Shown: piece by piece, positions 35,843 to 47,098 of the stretch
Numbering within the stretch: position 1 is the first letter of the stretch
How the letters are laid out: the number at the start of each line of letters is the position of its first letter
Source of the DNA: Schizosaccharomyces osmophilus
Taxonomy: Eukaryota
NCBI RefSeq assembly: GCF_027921745.1
Contig: NC_079240.1
Location: 1,054,001 to 1,118,000 of the forward strand
DNA: 64,000 bases
Direction: 5' to 3'
Notes under the pieces: generated by a model
Databases searched by the model: none
What the model was told of the DNA's origin: nothing
Seen by the model: the letters and a program-made list of their open reading frames with translations, nothing else
Program-made: the position numbers and the translations under genes

Positions 35843-37136
35843 TCAAGTTTGAGAGCCGTACTTATGGCATTGTTCTAAAAAGAAACGAACATCGTCTGGG
35901 TTGACACCGGGTGTTATACCATGTCCCAAATTAATAATATAGCCTTGTTTGCCGCCCTTAAAACCCTCGATCATTTCTTTGGTACGGCTTTCTATAATTT
36001 CTCTACCTCCGTATAGAATATTGGGATCCAAATTACCTTGGAAAGTGACGCGACGATCTCCACGAATGCGGACAGCCTCCTTCGGATCCATAGTCCAATC
36101 AAGACCAATGACATCGTAACCGGAATCACAAAGCTTGTCAAGAGCATACCAAGCTCCTTTGGGATAAACAATCATGGGCACAGTTCGTTTGCTTTTATTC
36201 AGTTCCTTTTTAACTCCTTCGCATATTCTGACCAAATAAGGGTACGAAAATTCCAAGAAATCCTGGGGTGAAAGCTCTCCAGCCCAAGAATCGAAAATTT
36301 GAAGCATCTAGTCGAATGGTTAGCGGACATATATACGATAAATTAGCAGCTTACCTGAGCACCTGCGTAAACCTGCTGCGTAAGATAGACAATAGTAGCC
36401 TCAGTAACCATATTTAAAAGACGACGAGAAGCCTCTGGGTAACGGAATAGCCAAGACTTTGCTTTTGTAAACGTTTTTGAACCACCTCCTTCAATCATGT
36501 AAGCCATAATGGTCCAGGGAGCTCCTGAAAATCCCAAGAGAGGAACCCTTCCATCTAAATTTTCTCTTGTTAACGAAATTGCGTCCATTACATATCCCAA
36601 TTTAGCCGGTATGTTGGGGACTTTTTCCAACTTTTCAAGATCCTCTGGTGTTGCCAATGGCTCCGGAAAGTGAGGACCTTTTTGTTCAAGCATAACAACC
36701 TGCATGCCAAGAGCCTGAGGAATTACTAAGATATCGCTAAAAATGATGGCAGCATCGAGTAAACCATCAAACCGGTTAATGGGTTGAAGCGTCAATTCGC
36801 AAGACGTTTCTGGAGTTTGACACATTTCAAAAAAACTTTGCTTCGACCTGACTTTATGATATTCTAAAGAGAAACTGTCAGTTTAAAGCTCAAACCCCGA
36901 TATGCATACCCGGCAAATATCTTCCAGCTTGTCTCTAGAAATTCCATCGAGTTAATAAACTATATTAAATTTCCTTTAAACATTTTTTACCATAATCCAA
37001 ACAGGTGGTCGTTCCACTGTTTCCCCTATAGACCACAGTTAGTAACCGACGTTTATCTTTTGTAAATGCAAGGCCTGCTCTTTAGCATACCTCTTGCAGC
37101 TCTAATGATTAAGTCATTTTTCATAGAAGGATACAT
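35843..37136 (-). CDS. hem12: Uroporphyrinogen decarboxylase (5 exons; introns 37026-37090, 36935-36990, 36864-36909, 36308-36354)
   Basis: Spliced [61 protein letters not shown]. Confidence 0.96.
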
Positions 37137-38231
37137 GTTAAAGCTAAAGAAAGTGGAGCCTAATATTGGTTTACCCAACAGTCTACTTTGGAGTGGAAGG
37201 AAAGAAAGTGACCTAGTCAGCCGACTACAAAGTCACAAGTTTTAGAGACTTAGAAAATTAAAAGAAAGAAAAAAGTATTGAAATAAATATTTAAAGGGAG
37301 TTTCAGCTTAGTTTATGAGAGTAAGCGATTTAAAACTCTATACATTTGATGAATTCTTCCATGTTTTCGTGTACTCAACAGTTTTGTGAAATACGAATAT
37401 TTTTAAGCTCGTTTCGTCCACTTTATTCAAGCTATTTTCAATCGTATGGAATATAATTTAGGCAGCAATCAACCGGCTGATGATTCTCCATTTTTTAGCG
37501 ATTCACAAAAATACTTCTTATTTGTAGTAGCGCTTCTTCCTCATTTACTAAAATCATGTCAAATATAGAATTTATTTCCTGATTGAGGTTGTCCTAGCTA
37601 GTTTTCTAATTTTTGGTAGAGTATTTTAGGCAATGTTTTTAAGATGACTCGGCGGCATACGAATGTCTACGTTAATGTATGCAAGTCAACTGGCATTTTG
37701 TCTGTCATTCGTAAAGTGAAATATTTTTTAGAGTAAACTGACAAAAATAAGCTTTCACAATCTACTTTTAAGATGAATGTTTCTATGAAACAGCTGCTAG
37801 ACTTACAAGCAGTTAGAACACTTCTATTACCGAATCTTTCTTTCCTTTTAAGGTAGCAAGAAAACCCAATGCTTTGATTCAGACAGTAAGCGATAATGAG
37901 CATTTATCGTTTTGAGCATATGCTTTGTATTTGATAGATAATATGCTAAAAATTACTATCTTATGCATCATATTTTTATTACTCTATATACTTCATTATG
38001 CGATTAATTATTTGCGCTTTGTATCATATGACTATATAATTTTTTTTGGATGAAGTTATTTTTTAAAACGTTCGAATTGTCTTTATTGCAAATAAGCGTA
38101 TACCGAGTTTTATCACATTAAATATTACAACGGAATTCATTATATATCACTAAATCGTGCGTAAATTCTAACTGAAAATCACTCGATTCTAACGCTTCTT
38201 TTACAAGTTAGAAAAACGAGTAGATACAAAG

Positions 38232-39477
38232 ATGATTGGCAACCGTCCTCAAGGATTGCGCGCTGCAGCATCTCAAAAAAAGCAGCAGATTGAAAAACAA
38301 CGTCAGGAGGCAGCTGCAAATGGAAGTGGCTCTTCTGAGCTAGGAAATGGAGATGTAAACAAAGCCGAAGGGGACGAAGACGAAACCATGTTGGTGTACA
38401 CTGAAGATGACAACATGGATCAACTTTGGGGATTGTATGAGACGAGCCGTGAAAAATTAGAAAGTGGTGATATCGAAGGTAGCATCAACCTTGTTTTCGG
38501 TACCATTCATGAGGCCGATCGTATTCTCCGCAACACAGAAGACTATTCCAGTCTTCCTAAGGATTTCCACGCAGCCTACTCTATGGCTCTTCTGGCTGTT
38601 TCCGAATTGTATGAGCCTGCTAAGGGACGTCTCAAGGAAACAAATGATGAAGAGTCATTTATTGACGCTGCCATCGAAAGAGCTCAACTTGGTTTGGAAG
38701 CGTCAGGCGATCAATCTCGGCTTTACCTTGCTTTCGGGCGTGCTTATTTGGAAAAGGTACGTATGACCTTGTGGAAGCAGGACGATCAGCAGAACCCTTC
38801 GGATCAATCCGTTATTGTTCAGATTGTCAATCCTTACATCGAACTTGCCCTTCAATACCTTCGTCCTTTACTTTCGGTGGAACCATTTGATGACTTGACT
38901 CCTGACTCTTTGCGTCCCTTGTATGTCTTGTCGTCTTACATGTTCCAATTTGGATCCCAATTTCCTGAAAACTCCCTTCTGGACGTACACTCCGTTATTA
39001 TCGGTCTTTGGGAAAAGTGTAGCGCTTTCCCAGACAGCCCTCTTCCTGTCCGTCTTGCTACCAAGGAAGCCGTTTTGGCTAGCCATACCAGCTTTGCCGA
39101 ATATTATATCGATTTAATGGATTCCAATGAGGAAAATGCCGAAAGGTGGGCTGTCAAGGCCTCTGAATGGCTTTCTCGGTCCGTTGATGCTTGGAACGAA
39201 ATTTATGCGTTGGATGACTCAGCTGAACGACTTTTGAAGGTATGATTTTTTTAGGCCGAAATTTGTCGGCAATAAGTTTCTTGTTTACTTTATGTTTTAT
39301 TAACTGGTGTTTTAGTTGGCGGATATCAAGATGGATTTAGCACAAATCACTGAACAAGAAAGTTCTCAAGATGAGTATCTGCAGGCCGCCTATACAGCTT
39401 TGGAGGACGCTCAAAAGGCTGGTGTACAACTCAGTCCCGACTATTTGGAATTTCTTGAAGCTTACTCTTCCGCTTAG
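38232..39477 (+). CDS. nro1: Negative regulator of Ofd1, Nro1 (Ett1 family) (intron 39240-39315)
   Basis: N-terminal RPQGLRAAASQKKQ, DQLWGLYE, GTIHEADRILRN; synteny with SPCC4B3.07. Confidence 0.88.
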
Positions 39478-40006
39478 AGCCCACTAGCATCGGTCAAACT
39501 TTCGTCTTTCTTATATGTTTTGTTTTTTTTTTGGTTACATATTGGTTTCACAATTTTTCTGGTGTTTCGTATTTATCACGTCCAAATACATAGAAATGGT
39601 AATTTAACTGGTTTATGAGTTAGGTCGAATTGTTTCACAATTGGAATGTCTTCTGACATGTACGACTATTCCTCGTATGTTGTTCTTTGGTTTCCTAAAC
39701 TATCGGCTCATTTGGGTTGTGCAATCAATTACTTACTACTAATAGAGAAAAAAATTATAAAATTAATAAATAATAGTAGGCTTACTTTTCAAAGTATTTT
39801 ATTCATGAATACTCGTAAACATATATTATACAATGGAAATAACGCATTTTGTTAAACGTTCACTATGCGATTATGACCGTACGACTCTACTCGTCTCTAT
39901 AGTCTCCATGTAAAAAAACAACCTATAGCTTGGTATCAAAGTATATATAGAAAAAGCCATTTCATCCTTTACTTTGGAATTTAAATATTGTTGCTTTTTC
40001 TACAAT

Positions 40007-40666
40007 ATGGACCCTTTTGAAGGAAGAATGGCTTTTCTGCAACTTTTGAATAAGCTAAGTGCTTCCCAGTTGTCTCAGTTGAAGCCTGCCCAATTTGCTT
40101 TAAAAAACAGAGACCTTGAGGAAGATTTATATTCCTGTATATGGGAAGAGTTGGAATCTGGATCATTCAATACGAGGGTAAATATCATATACTTTGTGGA
40201 TACCTTGTGTGAATTAAGTTTAAGAAATGGAATCAGTAATGGTTATATTACTATGATTACTCGTGATATTTTAAAACTGGTAGAATATGTGGTTCCAATT
40301 GGAACAGCAGGAGCAGCCAATGCTCCTGAAGTAAGAAAGGTGCTCCACTCCCTGCGTCTGAAGAACATAATAGATGATGCTCGGCTTCAGGAAGCAATTA
40401 ACTTGGTAGACGCTCACGAACAAGCAAGCAAAGCAGGTGAGGACCAAGGTACCACGTCAATTTCTAGAGCCGATATATTAAGGCGATTAGAAGAAGACAG
40501 GGAACGGCATAAGCGCATGCGCGAAAATATATGGGCAATACCGAAGCCAGAACTAGAACACGAGATTGCTTGGAATACTATAGAACCAATCACAGAATGT
40601 GATTTAGAGTCATTGAACGACGATTTTGAAAAGTATAATGAATGTATTCGTGAATCTCTTTGTTAA
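40007..40666 (+). CDS. lsg1: CTD kinase I gamma subunit (Ctk3/Lsg1)
   Basis: MDPFEGRMAFLQLL, EEDLYSCIWEEL, ILRRLEEDRERHKRMRENIW; ATG at 40007. Confidence 0.92.
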   Translation: MDPFEGRMAFLQLLNKLSASQLSQLKPAQFALKNRDLEEDLYSCIWEELESGSFNTRVNIIYFVDTLCELSLRNGISNGYITMITRDILKLVEYVVPIGTAGAANAPEVRKVLHSLRLKNIIDDARLQEAINLVDAHEQASKAGEDQGTTSISRADILRRLEEDRERHKRMRENIWAIPKPELEHEIAWNTIEPITECDLESLNDDFEKYNECIRESLC

Positions 40667-40955
40667 TTATGAAGAAATCGAATTAGAGTCGAAAAACGCA
40701 GACGTTGTAAGTCATAGTCCAACTGTAGGTCAAAAAGGGGGATCTTAAAGGTAGAAAATTTTATAGCGAACGATCAAAGCCATTTACATACGTATACGTA
40801 TATATTTTTTTCTTCTTCCCAAAAAAAAAAAAAAAAGTCCGTTCTAGAATTTCTAGAAATAAAGTATTGTAAAGGTTACTTTTAACATGCTTATAAAACT
40901 ATTTCAAAAGAAGCAATTAAGCTTCTCGTATTAATGTTTTTCAATTAAACCTGGC

Positions 40956-41512
40956 TTACTCCAAGGTAACCTTGCAAGTAAGTTGTTCCAGCTTGGATTT
41001 GATAGCATCAGCATCTTCTTTTAGTACGTTTTCCTTTAGAACCTTAGGTGCGCTTTCGACAAATTTCTTAGCGTCAACCAAAGACAATCCCAGCAAAGAC
41101 TTGACTTCCTTGATAACCTTGGCTTTTGAACCTGCATCGAAAGAGTCTAACTTTAAGTTCCAGGTTGTCTTCTCTTCTGGTTTAGGCTCATCATTAGCCT
41201 CTTCCGCAGCACCAGCAGCGGCTCCGGGAACTGCCATAGGAGCTGCCATAGGAGCGATGTCGGAAATGTTCAGTTTTTCCTTCAGCTGCTCTACAAGCTT
41301 GGACGTTTCTAATAAAGACAATTTGCTAATTTCTTCCACAAGATTTTCAATTTTTCCTTCGGCATTTCTTGCAGGTATAGAGCTGTGGAATGTTCTCAAT
41401 AATGAAGCCGCCGGTTTTGCACGAACTACAGAAATTCTAAATTCATTAATAAAATTACTTTTGTATTTCTGACTTACAAATTTTTGTTTAAACGAGGGAA
41501 AACACGCAGCAT
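40956..41512 (-). CDS. mrpl12: Mitochondrial ribosomal protein bL12m (intron 41437-41477)
   Basis: Presequence MLRVFPRLNKNL.., Ala-rich hinge, KAKVIKEVKSLLGLSLVDAKKFVESAP. Confidence 0.94.
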
Positions 41513-41868
41513 TTTTTTAGGAAATTGTAAACGAGTAATTTGAAGTTGGTAGTTGAATGATACGGGACAGACGTACTGCGCAAAAGCCGTGAGGTTCTAA
41601 ACACCGGGTTTCAACTTAAAAAAAAAAAAAAAAGAGGATGAAGTTAAATAACAATAAATTAACTAAAAAAAAAAGAAAAAGATTTGTAACAAGCTTTCAG
41701 AGATTCGGTTGGGCAATATGCCAATTTCAATATGTTAATATAAAAAAAAAAGAATTTATTCAGAAAGTTGTAAACATAATTTAGAAATTTAACTGCCTTT
41801 ATAAGAAACCAAATGCATTAATCATTCTATGAGGCATGCTGCAAAATATCATGAATAAAAAAAACTCC

Positions 41869-43861
41869 TTAGACACTGCGACATGCCTGGTCGGTAGATT
41901 TCATTCCACGTCCATAATACCATCCACCATCTAAAAGATTTCGCTCATCACGTTCCCATTTTGCTAGCTTTGTATGCATATCTTTGGGATCCAAGTCTAA
42001 CAGTGTAATTTTGTTTTTACCTATATATAGCGTCACATCTCGAAGAGTCATTGCTAATGCAACGTCTTTACGAGAATATTCTTCTTGTAAGTCACGTAGT
42101 CTCTTTAAAATTCCTGACTGAAACAATGTCAGAGCAATCTCTGGACCAACCATGCCCTGAAGCACAGAAAGAAATTTTGGCCAATTATAAAAGTCAAGTT
42201 GAAGCGGGCAAAAACTAATAGATTTTCCTCGCATTCGACTCATGGCACAAGTCCTGCAGACAACCCAGTCGTCTGGAGCAGTTGGAGACTGGGTGAGCCA
42301 TTTAGGCTTCATTTCCATGCCTTCCTTCAGATCTTGCATTAAAATGCAAGACGTTTCATTTAAATTTAGATAAATACCTGACGCATTTTGAGTACCCAGT
42401 AGAAAATCCTTAGTAACTGGCTGAAGGAATATTTCTAGCAAATACTGCTCAAACCCAGAAAATAAAGGATATACGATATTTTGATAGTAGTCATAAACTT
42501 GTTCCGTCGTAATAGTCTGACCTCGTCGACGAAGTCGGATAACTTTATCTTGAAAGAATAGGTTTTTCCCGATGTATTCAAACACAACATTAGCAGTACC
42601 AGAAGCTAAATATGACCATTCTGAGGTGTACATATTATTTGTGTTATGGTTATTGGTTTTTGCGTGATGCTGTGTCATAGGTGTCCTCAAAACAGGAGCT
42701 TGACTAGGCGACATTGGCTCTTCTTCTGGTTCAAGCGCAGAAGCCAAGTTTTGCATAGAAGGAGGTCTTGAAACCACGGGAGTTGAAGGAGCATGCGTGT
42801 CAATAGGGGAAGCAGCAACAGATGAGCTCGCAGTAGATGTGGGGGATAAACTGCTTTGAGAAGGAGAAAGATGAGGATGTTGTGAGAAAAGAGCATTCAT
42901 AGCTTCGATCTTTCCGGCTTCCCACTCACCTTCAGATAAAGCATCTGATGGTTTAGGAAGTTTGACTGGAGAACGAGTGTTTTCAATAGAAATTAGCGGA
43001 ATATCTTCAGCTGCTTGACATACGGAAGAAAACTCGACCAGCCATGTCTTCGGTATATCATCTTGAAAACAATCCCATGGACGAGTTATATTGTGCATTT
43101 TCCGAAACATTTGTAGCTGGAGACAGAAAAAGTGTCGCATCAATTGACCAAAAAAAACTTGACATTTATTAATTAATGTAGGAAACGACAGTGTCACGTG
43201 TTTTTGCACCTCATTTAGCTCGTTGTTGACCCGTACTAGCTGACCCTGTAGTGCTTTAATCTTGTATTTCTTCGTTTCCGGATCTGGCAACTCATAAACA
43301 ACTAGTAACTCCTTTTGGATCTTCTCAAGCTCGTTTACTTTTCTACCCCTTCGCTTTATCAATTCAACGGCCTTTTTCACATGCGCCTTTACTTCCTTGC
43401 AAGGTGCTAATACTGTTATTTGAAAGTTTTGTAAAGTTAGCAAAACTTCTCTTCTCTGCCGTTCTAATGCCTTATTCCAGTCTACCAAAGTTCCAAGAGA
43501 AGCAGCAGGGTTCTTTTCAGTCGGAAATTGCCTATACAGAGAAATCCAAGACGCAGTAACAGATGGTGCAAGGCAAACCACGCAACGCCAAGCGTCATAA
43601 AACAATCGAGCATTTTCTATCATGTCTCGAATAGACTTGTCGATTTGATAAATATGAGCTCCCCATTTTTCGATTTGTTGATCCGAAACATTGAAGTCCG
43701 ATTGTTTATTGCTTTTTTTTGGTTGTTTGGTAATTTCTAAATCCAAGTTAGTTTAAAGTTCCTGTTGTTACCAACTTTGATATATATCCCGTAAACAATT
43801 TCATAGCCCCTATGCCTTTAACACATACGGGCATTTTTGGTCACTTACTTTTTATTTGCAT
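41869..43861 (-). CDS. ipk1: Inositol pentakisphosphate 2-kinase Ipk1 with N-terminal coiled-coil/BAR-like domain (13-nt first exon; intron 43737-43848)
   Basis: [51 protein letters not shown]|gtaagt..ctaac..ttag restores frame. Confidence 0.9.
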
Positions 43862-44487
43862 TCCGACAAAATAAAGGAAAATAAATATGTAAAGAATTAA
43901 AGATCTAACACGAAAAACTCATGCAAAGCGGGATGAACAGTATGCTTAAACGTCCAATTGATGCTTGCGGTTTCAATTCAAAACGTAATCCAGAAAAAAA
44001 AAATCAAAATACTGTTCGGTAAGAAACAGAAACATAATAAATAGCCCAATGCTCTGTTTATTAGCAAAACAATGGCATAATCCACATACACAACATATGA
44101 CAATTTGTAGCACACGACTGGTTTACATCCAAAAGTATGTCAGTAATAAAGATCATAGCTCTTTAAAATACGCTACTTATCATAAACATCGTAAAAATCA
44201 ACTTTGGTTGTGCCACGCTATTCATGATTCCGCAGTCTTTAGGATGCTTTAATAAACAATAGAAAGAGATTTTGACAAAAGACGAATTGCTGATATTCCT
44301 TCTTTCTATAGTTTATATAGTTCTATCTTATTCCATTTTATTTCTTTTCTATTCAATTCAATTCTTATCTTATATAAACAAACAAGAGAAGGGTGGAAAT
44401 ACATGCCATTAATTTCTGCTGTATACAGCATTCTGATTGATATTACATGAGAATTTTAGAGTTATTCTCAATTTTTCATGTGTGGAG

Positions 44488-44865
44488 CTAATGCTCTTCA
44501 GACATAGCTGAATCCTTGGAGCTTTCTTTATCCACCTCCGTTAGAAGATTCAATCCGTGCATCCCTTTGATTTCTTCCTTCAAAATGGAGTTAACCAAGC
44601 GGTGTTGCGCTAGTGTATTTTTTCCCTGAAACAGTTTACTTTTAATCACTATCTGGTACATGCTTCCACACCCTCCAGACACATCAATCACACGAAGAGA
44701 ACTTGGGCATAACTTCTCGTTCAAAAGGGTTCGTATTCTGCTTTCACCGTCTGAAGCACCATCTGTAGATGAAAACCGTTTGAATATCCTCTGGGGTTGC
44801 ACTCTTTGAGGAGACATGAGTATGGGAGGACCCTTAAACCATCGAGAGAATCGTATACTATTCAT
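44488..44865 (-). CDS. fra3: Mitochondrial BolA protein (BOLA3-type, Fe-S transfer; Fra3/Bol3 orthologue)
   Basis: VIDVSGGCGSMY, FQGKNTLAQHRLVNSILKEEI..MHGL; Arg-rich presequence. Confidence 0.88.
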   Translation of the reverse strand: MNSIRFSRWFKGPPILMSPQRVQPQRIFKRFSSTDGASDGESRIRTLLNEKLCPSSLRVIDVSGGCGSMYQIVIKSKLFQGKNTLAQHRLVNSILKEEIKGMHGLNLLTEVDKESSKDSAMSEEH

Positions 44866-45461
44866 TTCCTTAAAACTTTCTGGCCAAGAGAAACAAAGTA
44901 AAACGAAAAGAATAAACGAATCAGAATTAGCAATTCAGAATAGGAGGGAAGTTGAAGAAGAATGAATTTTATCACCTACCGGAATATGTACTAAAGCTGA
45001 ACAATTCATTGGCTTATGCCCAGAGCGCCTAGAAAAGGCGAAAGACATTTCGTTCACAAAACTATAATAATTTCTTCTTTTTCTTTTATATTGTATTTTA
45101 TTTTTTTTCCTTTGGTTTAATTATAGTAAATCCAAGGTTTAGCAGGAGCGATTGAGACCATATTTGGCGACAAACGGATCCCAAAGGAACATAGACAGTT
45201 GTTGAACCTGATTACAGCTTTTTAATATTTTATTACTCTCTGAGAAAAAGAAAAACTAGATCTACCTGATAACATCGAGTAAAGCAGAGGTCAAAGGTAG
45301 TTTTCTTTGAAAAGGAAATAAAAAGAAAGCAAAACAAACACTTTGCCTTACGCTTTGTAACAGAAATGCTTTGCTTCCATATTGTCTAAGTACCGGGTTT
45401 TAACTTTTCAAACAATATTTATTGATACAATTACGGGACTTCAGTGAATTGTTTGTACGGC

Positions 45462-46781
45462 ATGAACAACATGCGCAATTCTAAGACTCAGTTAGAGAAT
45501 TTTGCTCTTTTTGACGACATTTGTACTCTGCTTTTTATTGACAAAATACATTACTGGTCTGAGATCCATAAGGTTCGTAAACTTGTGAGTCGCTCTATCG
45601 AACGGATTGACCCGCAGCTTCTTCTTGGCATAGTCATCCAGAATGTGATAGAACAGAACGATTTGGACGGTGCGGTTGAGGAAGTATCGAAACTGCGCGA
45701 ACTGCAGCCTATATTCCAAAGATGGTCAGGATCATCAAATAATGCTTTCCTAAGGCACGTTCGTTTGTATTTATCTCTCTACCTTCCTTCTTGTAACTTT
45801 GAAATTTGCTCTACTAACAGGTACTTTACTTCGACTAAACATGAAGCCTGCGTAACCGCCCGAGAACCTATACAAGCAGGAGACGATATTTTAGATCTGT
45901 CAGGGACTATTGTAAAATTAACCCCTAAAGAAGAAAGGACTTTAGGGGCTGAGAAAGATTTTAGTATTCTGCATTCTAGTAGATTAGGTTCAATGTGTCT
46001 ATTTTTGGGGCCTGCTCGTTTTGTGAATCATGATTGTGAGGCCAATTGCCGATTTAATACTTCGGGTAGAAGAATTTGGCTGAAATCCATTAAGCCAATA
46101 CTACCAGGACAAGAAATTACTACTTTCTATTCTTCAAATTATTTCGGTACCGATAACTGTGAATGTCTTTGTTCTACGTGTGAACAAAAAGGCATGAATG
46201 GCTACAGAAAATTTTTTAATTACCATTTGAATACATTAAAGTCATCGTACTTAGAGAGTGTGTCTGCTCAACAAAGCCAGCAAAGAGAAGGGCATCCTTT
46301 CTCCATATCTCAACAAGACATGCTTTTCCTCAGTCATTGGGACACTGGTAGCGACTTAAGTAATGCTTCGGATTCTGATTTAGATGATGAGTTTTCTCTA
46401 TATATCCCGCGGCATAAAAAGAGAATTTGGTCTCGTGAACGAAAATCTATGGAAACAGCATTCTTAGAAGAAACGATGAAATCACAACAGCAAACAAGCT
46501 TTGATAAGTTTCGAAAAGAGCTTAAAAGGAGAAGGCTGAATGGCAGTATTGAATATTCTTGCTCAGATTGTCAAGGACTTTTCAACGCATCTTTGTCTCG
46601 TGCTCAAGATAGAAGGTGCCAAAAATGTTCACGTCATTTTCATCTTTATGAACTTCCGTGGCCATTTCGAAGTAGATCCGAATACGAAGAAGCTAGGCCT
46701 GTTAGCCCTACCAAAGAAATTGCCCAGAAACAACACACCATGTCGTTGCGACGAAAAAAGCATATAAGCTATACCATTTAA
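45462..46781 (+). CDS. set9: Histone H4K20 methyltransferase Set9
   Basis: FDDICTLLFIDK, DFSILHSSR, LFLGPARFVNHDC, GQEITTFY, post-SET CECLCSTCE; start 45462 or 45471. Confidence 0.95.
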   Translation: MNNMRNSKTQLENFALFDDICTLLFIDKIHYWSEIHKVRKLVSRSIERIDPQLLLGIVIQNVIEQNDLDGAVEEVSKLRELQPIFQRWSGSSNNAFLRHVRLYLSLYLPSCNFEICSTNRYFTSTKHEACVTAREPIQAGDDILDLSGTIVKLTPKEERTLGAEKDFSILHSSRLGSMCLFLGPARFVNHDCEANCRFNTSGRRIWLKSIKPILPGQEITTFYSSNYFGTDNCECLCSTCEQKGMNGYRKFFNYHLNTLKSSYLESVSAQQSQQREGHPFSISQQDMLFLSHWDTGSDLSNASDSDLDDEFSLYIPRHKKRIWSRERKSMETAFLEETMKSQQQTSFDKFRKELKRRRLNGSIEYSCSDCQGLFNASLSRAQDRRCQKCSRHFHLYELPWPFRSRSEYEEARPVSPTKEIAQKQHTMSLRRKKHISYTI

Positions 46782-47098
46782 GCTACTATATATATTATGT
46801 TTTGGATACAATTAGGTCTATTCGATCATTCACTGTTAATTTATCTATAGGTTCTATGATCCTAGTGATTATAGAAGTTTTGCCAACTAAATTGGTTTAA
46901 AAATAATAATTCCTAAAAAAAGTTAGATTATGTAGTAATATGAAATGTCTACTTATACGTTAATGCAAATTTGGAGTTCTAGGAAGTATGTAGTGCCTCT
47001 CGTGTTACCGGCAGTGCAATTTTCCATTACCACTAAAAAAAGTAAGAAGGATCAAGAAGTGCTTTGCTTTTCTAAATAAGTTCGTTATTTAGATAAAC

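Noticed and set aside
37315..37568. Possible three-exon micro-ORF (MR|FCEIRIF..|DSQKYFLFVVALL..) on the plus strand
   Set aside because: First putative intron lacks a good branch site and the 45-aa product is featureless; expected by chance in AT-rich DNA
40842..40858. TTCTAGAATTTCTAGAA resembling a heat-shock element
   Set aside because: Spacing between units is off by one base and it lies between two convergent 3' ends
40972..41472. 166-aa plus-strand ORF antisense to mrpl12
   Set aside because: Antisense shadow; TTG start; Ser/Ala/Phe content mirrors the sense codons
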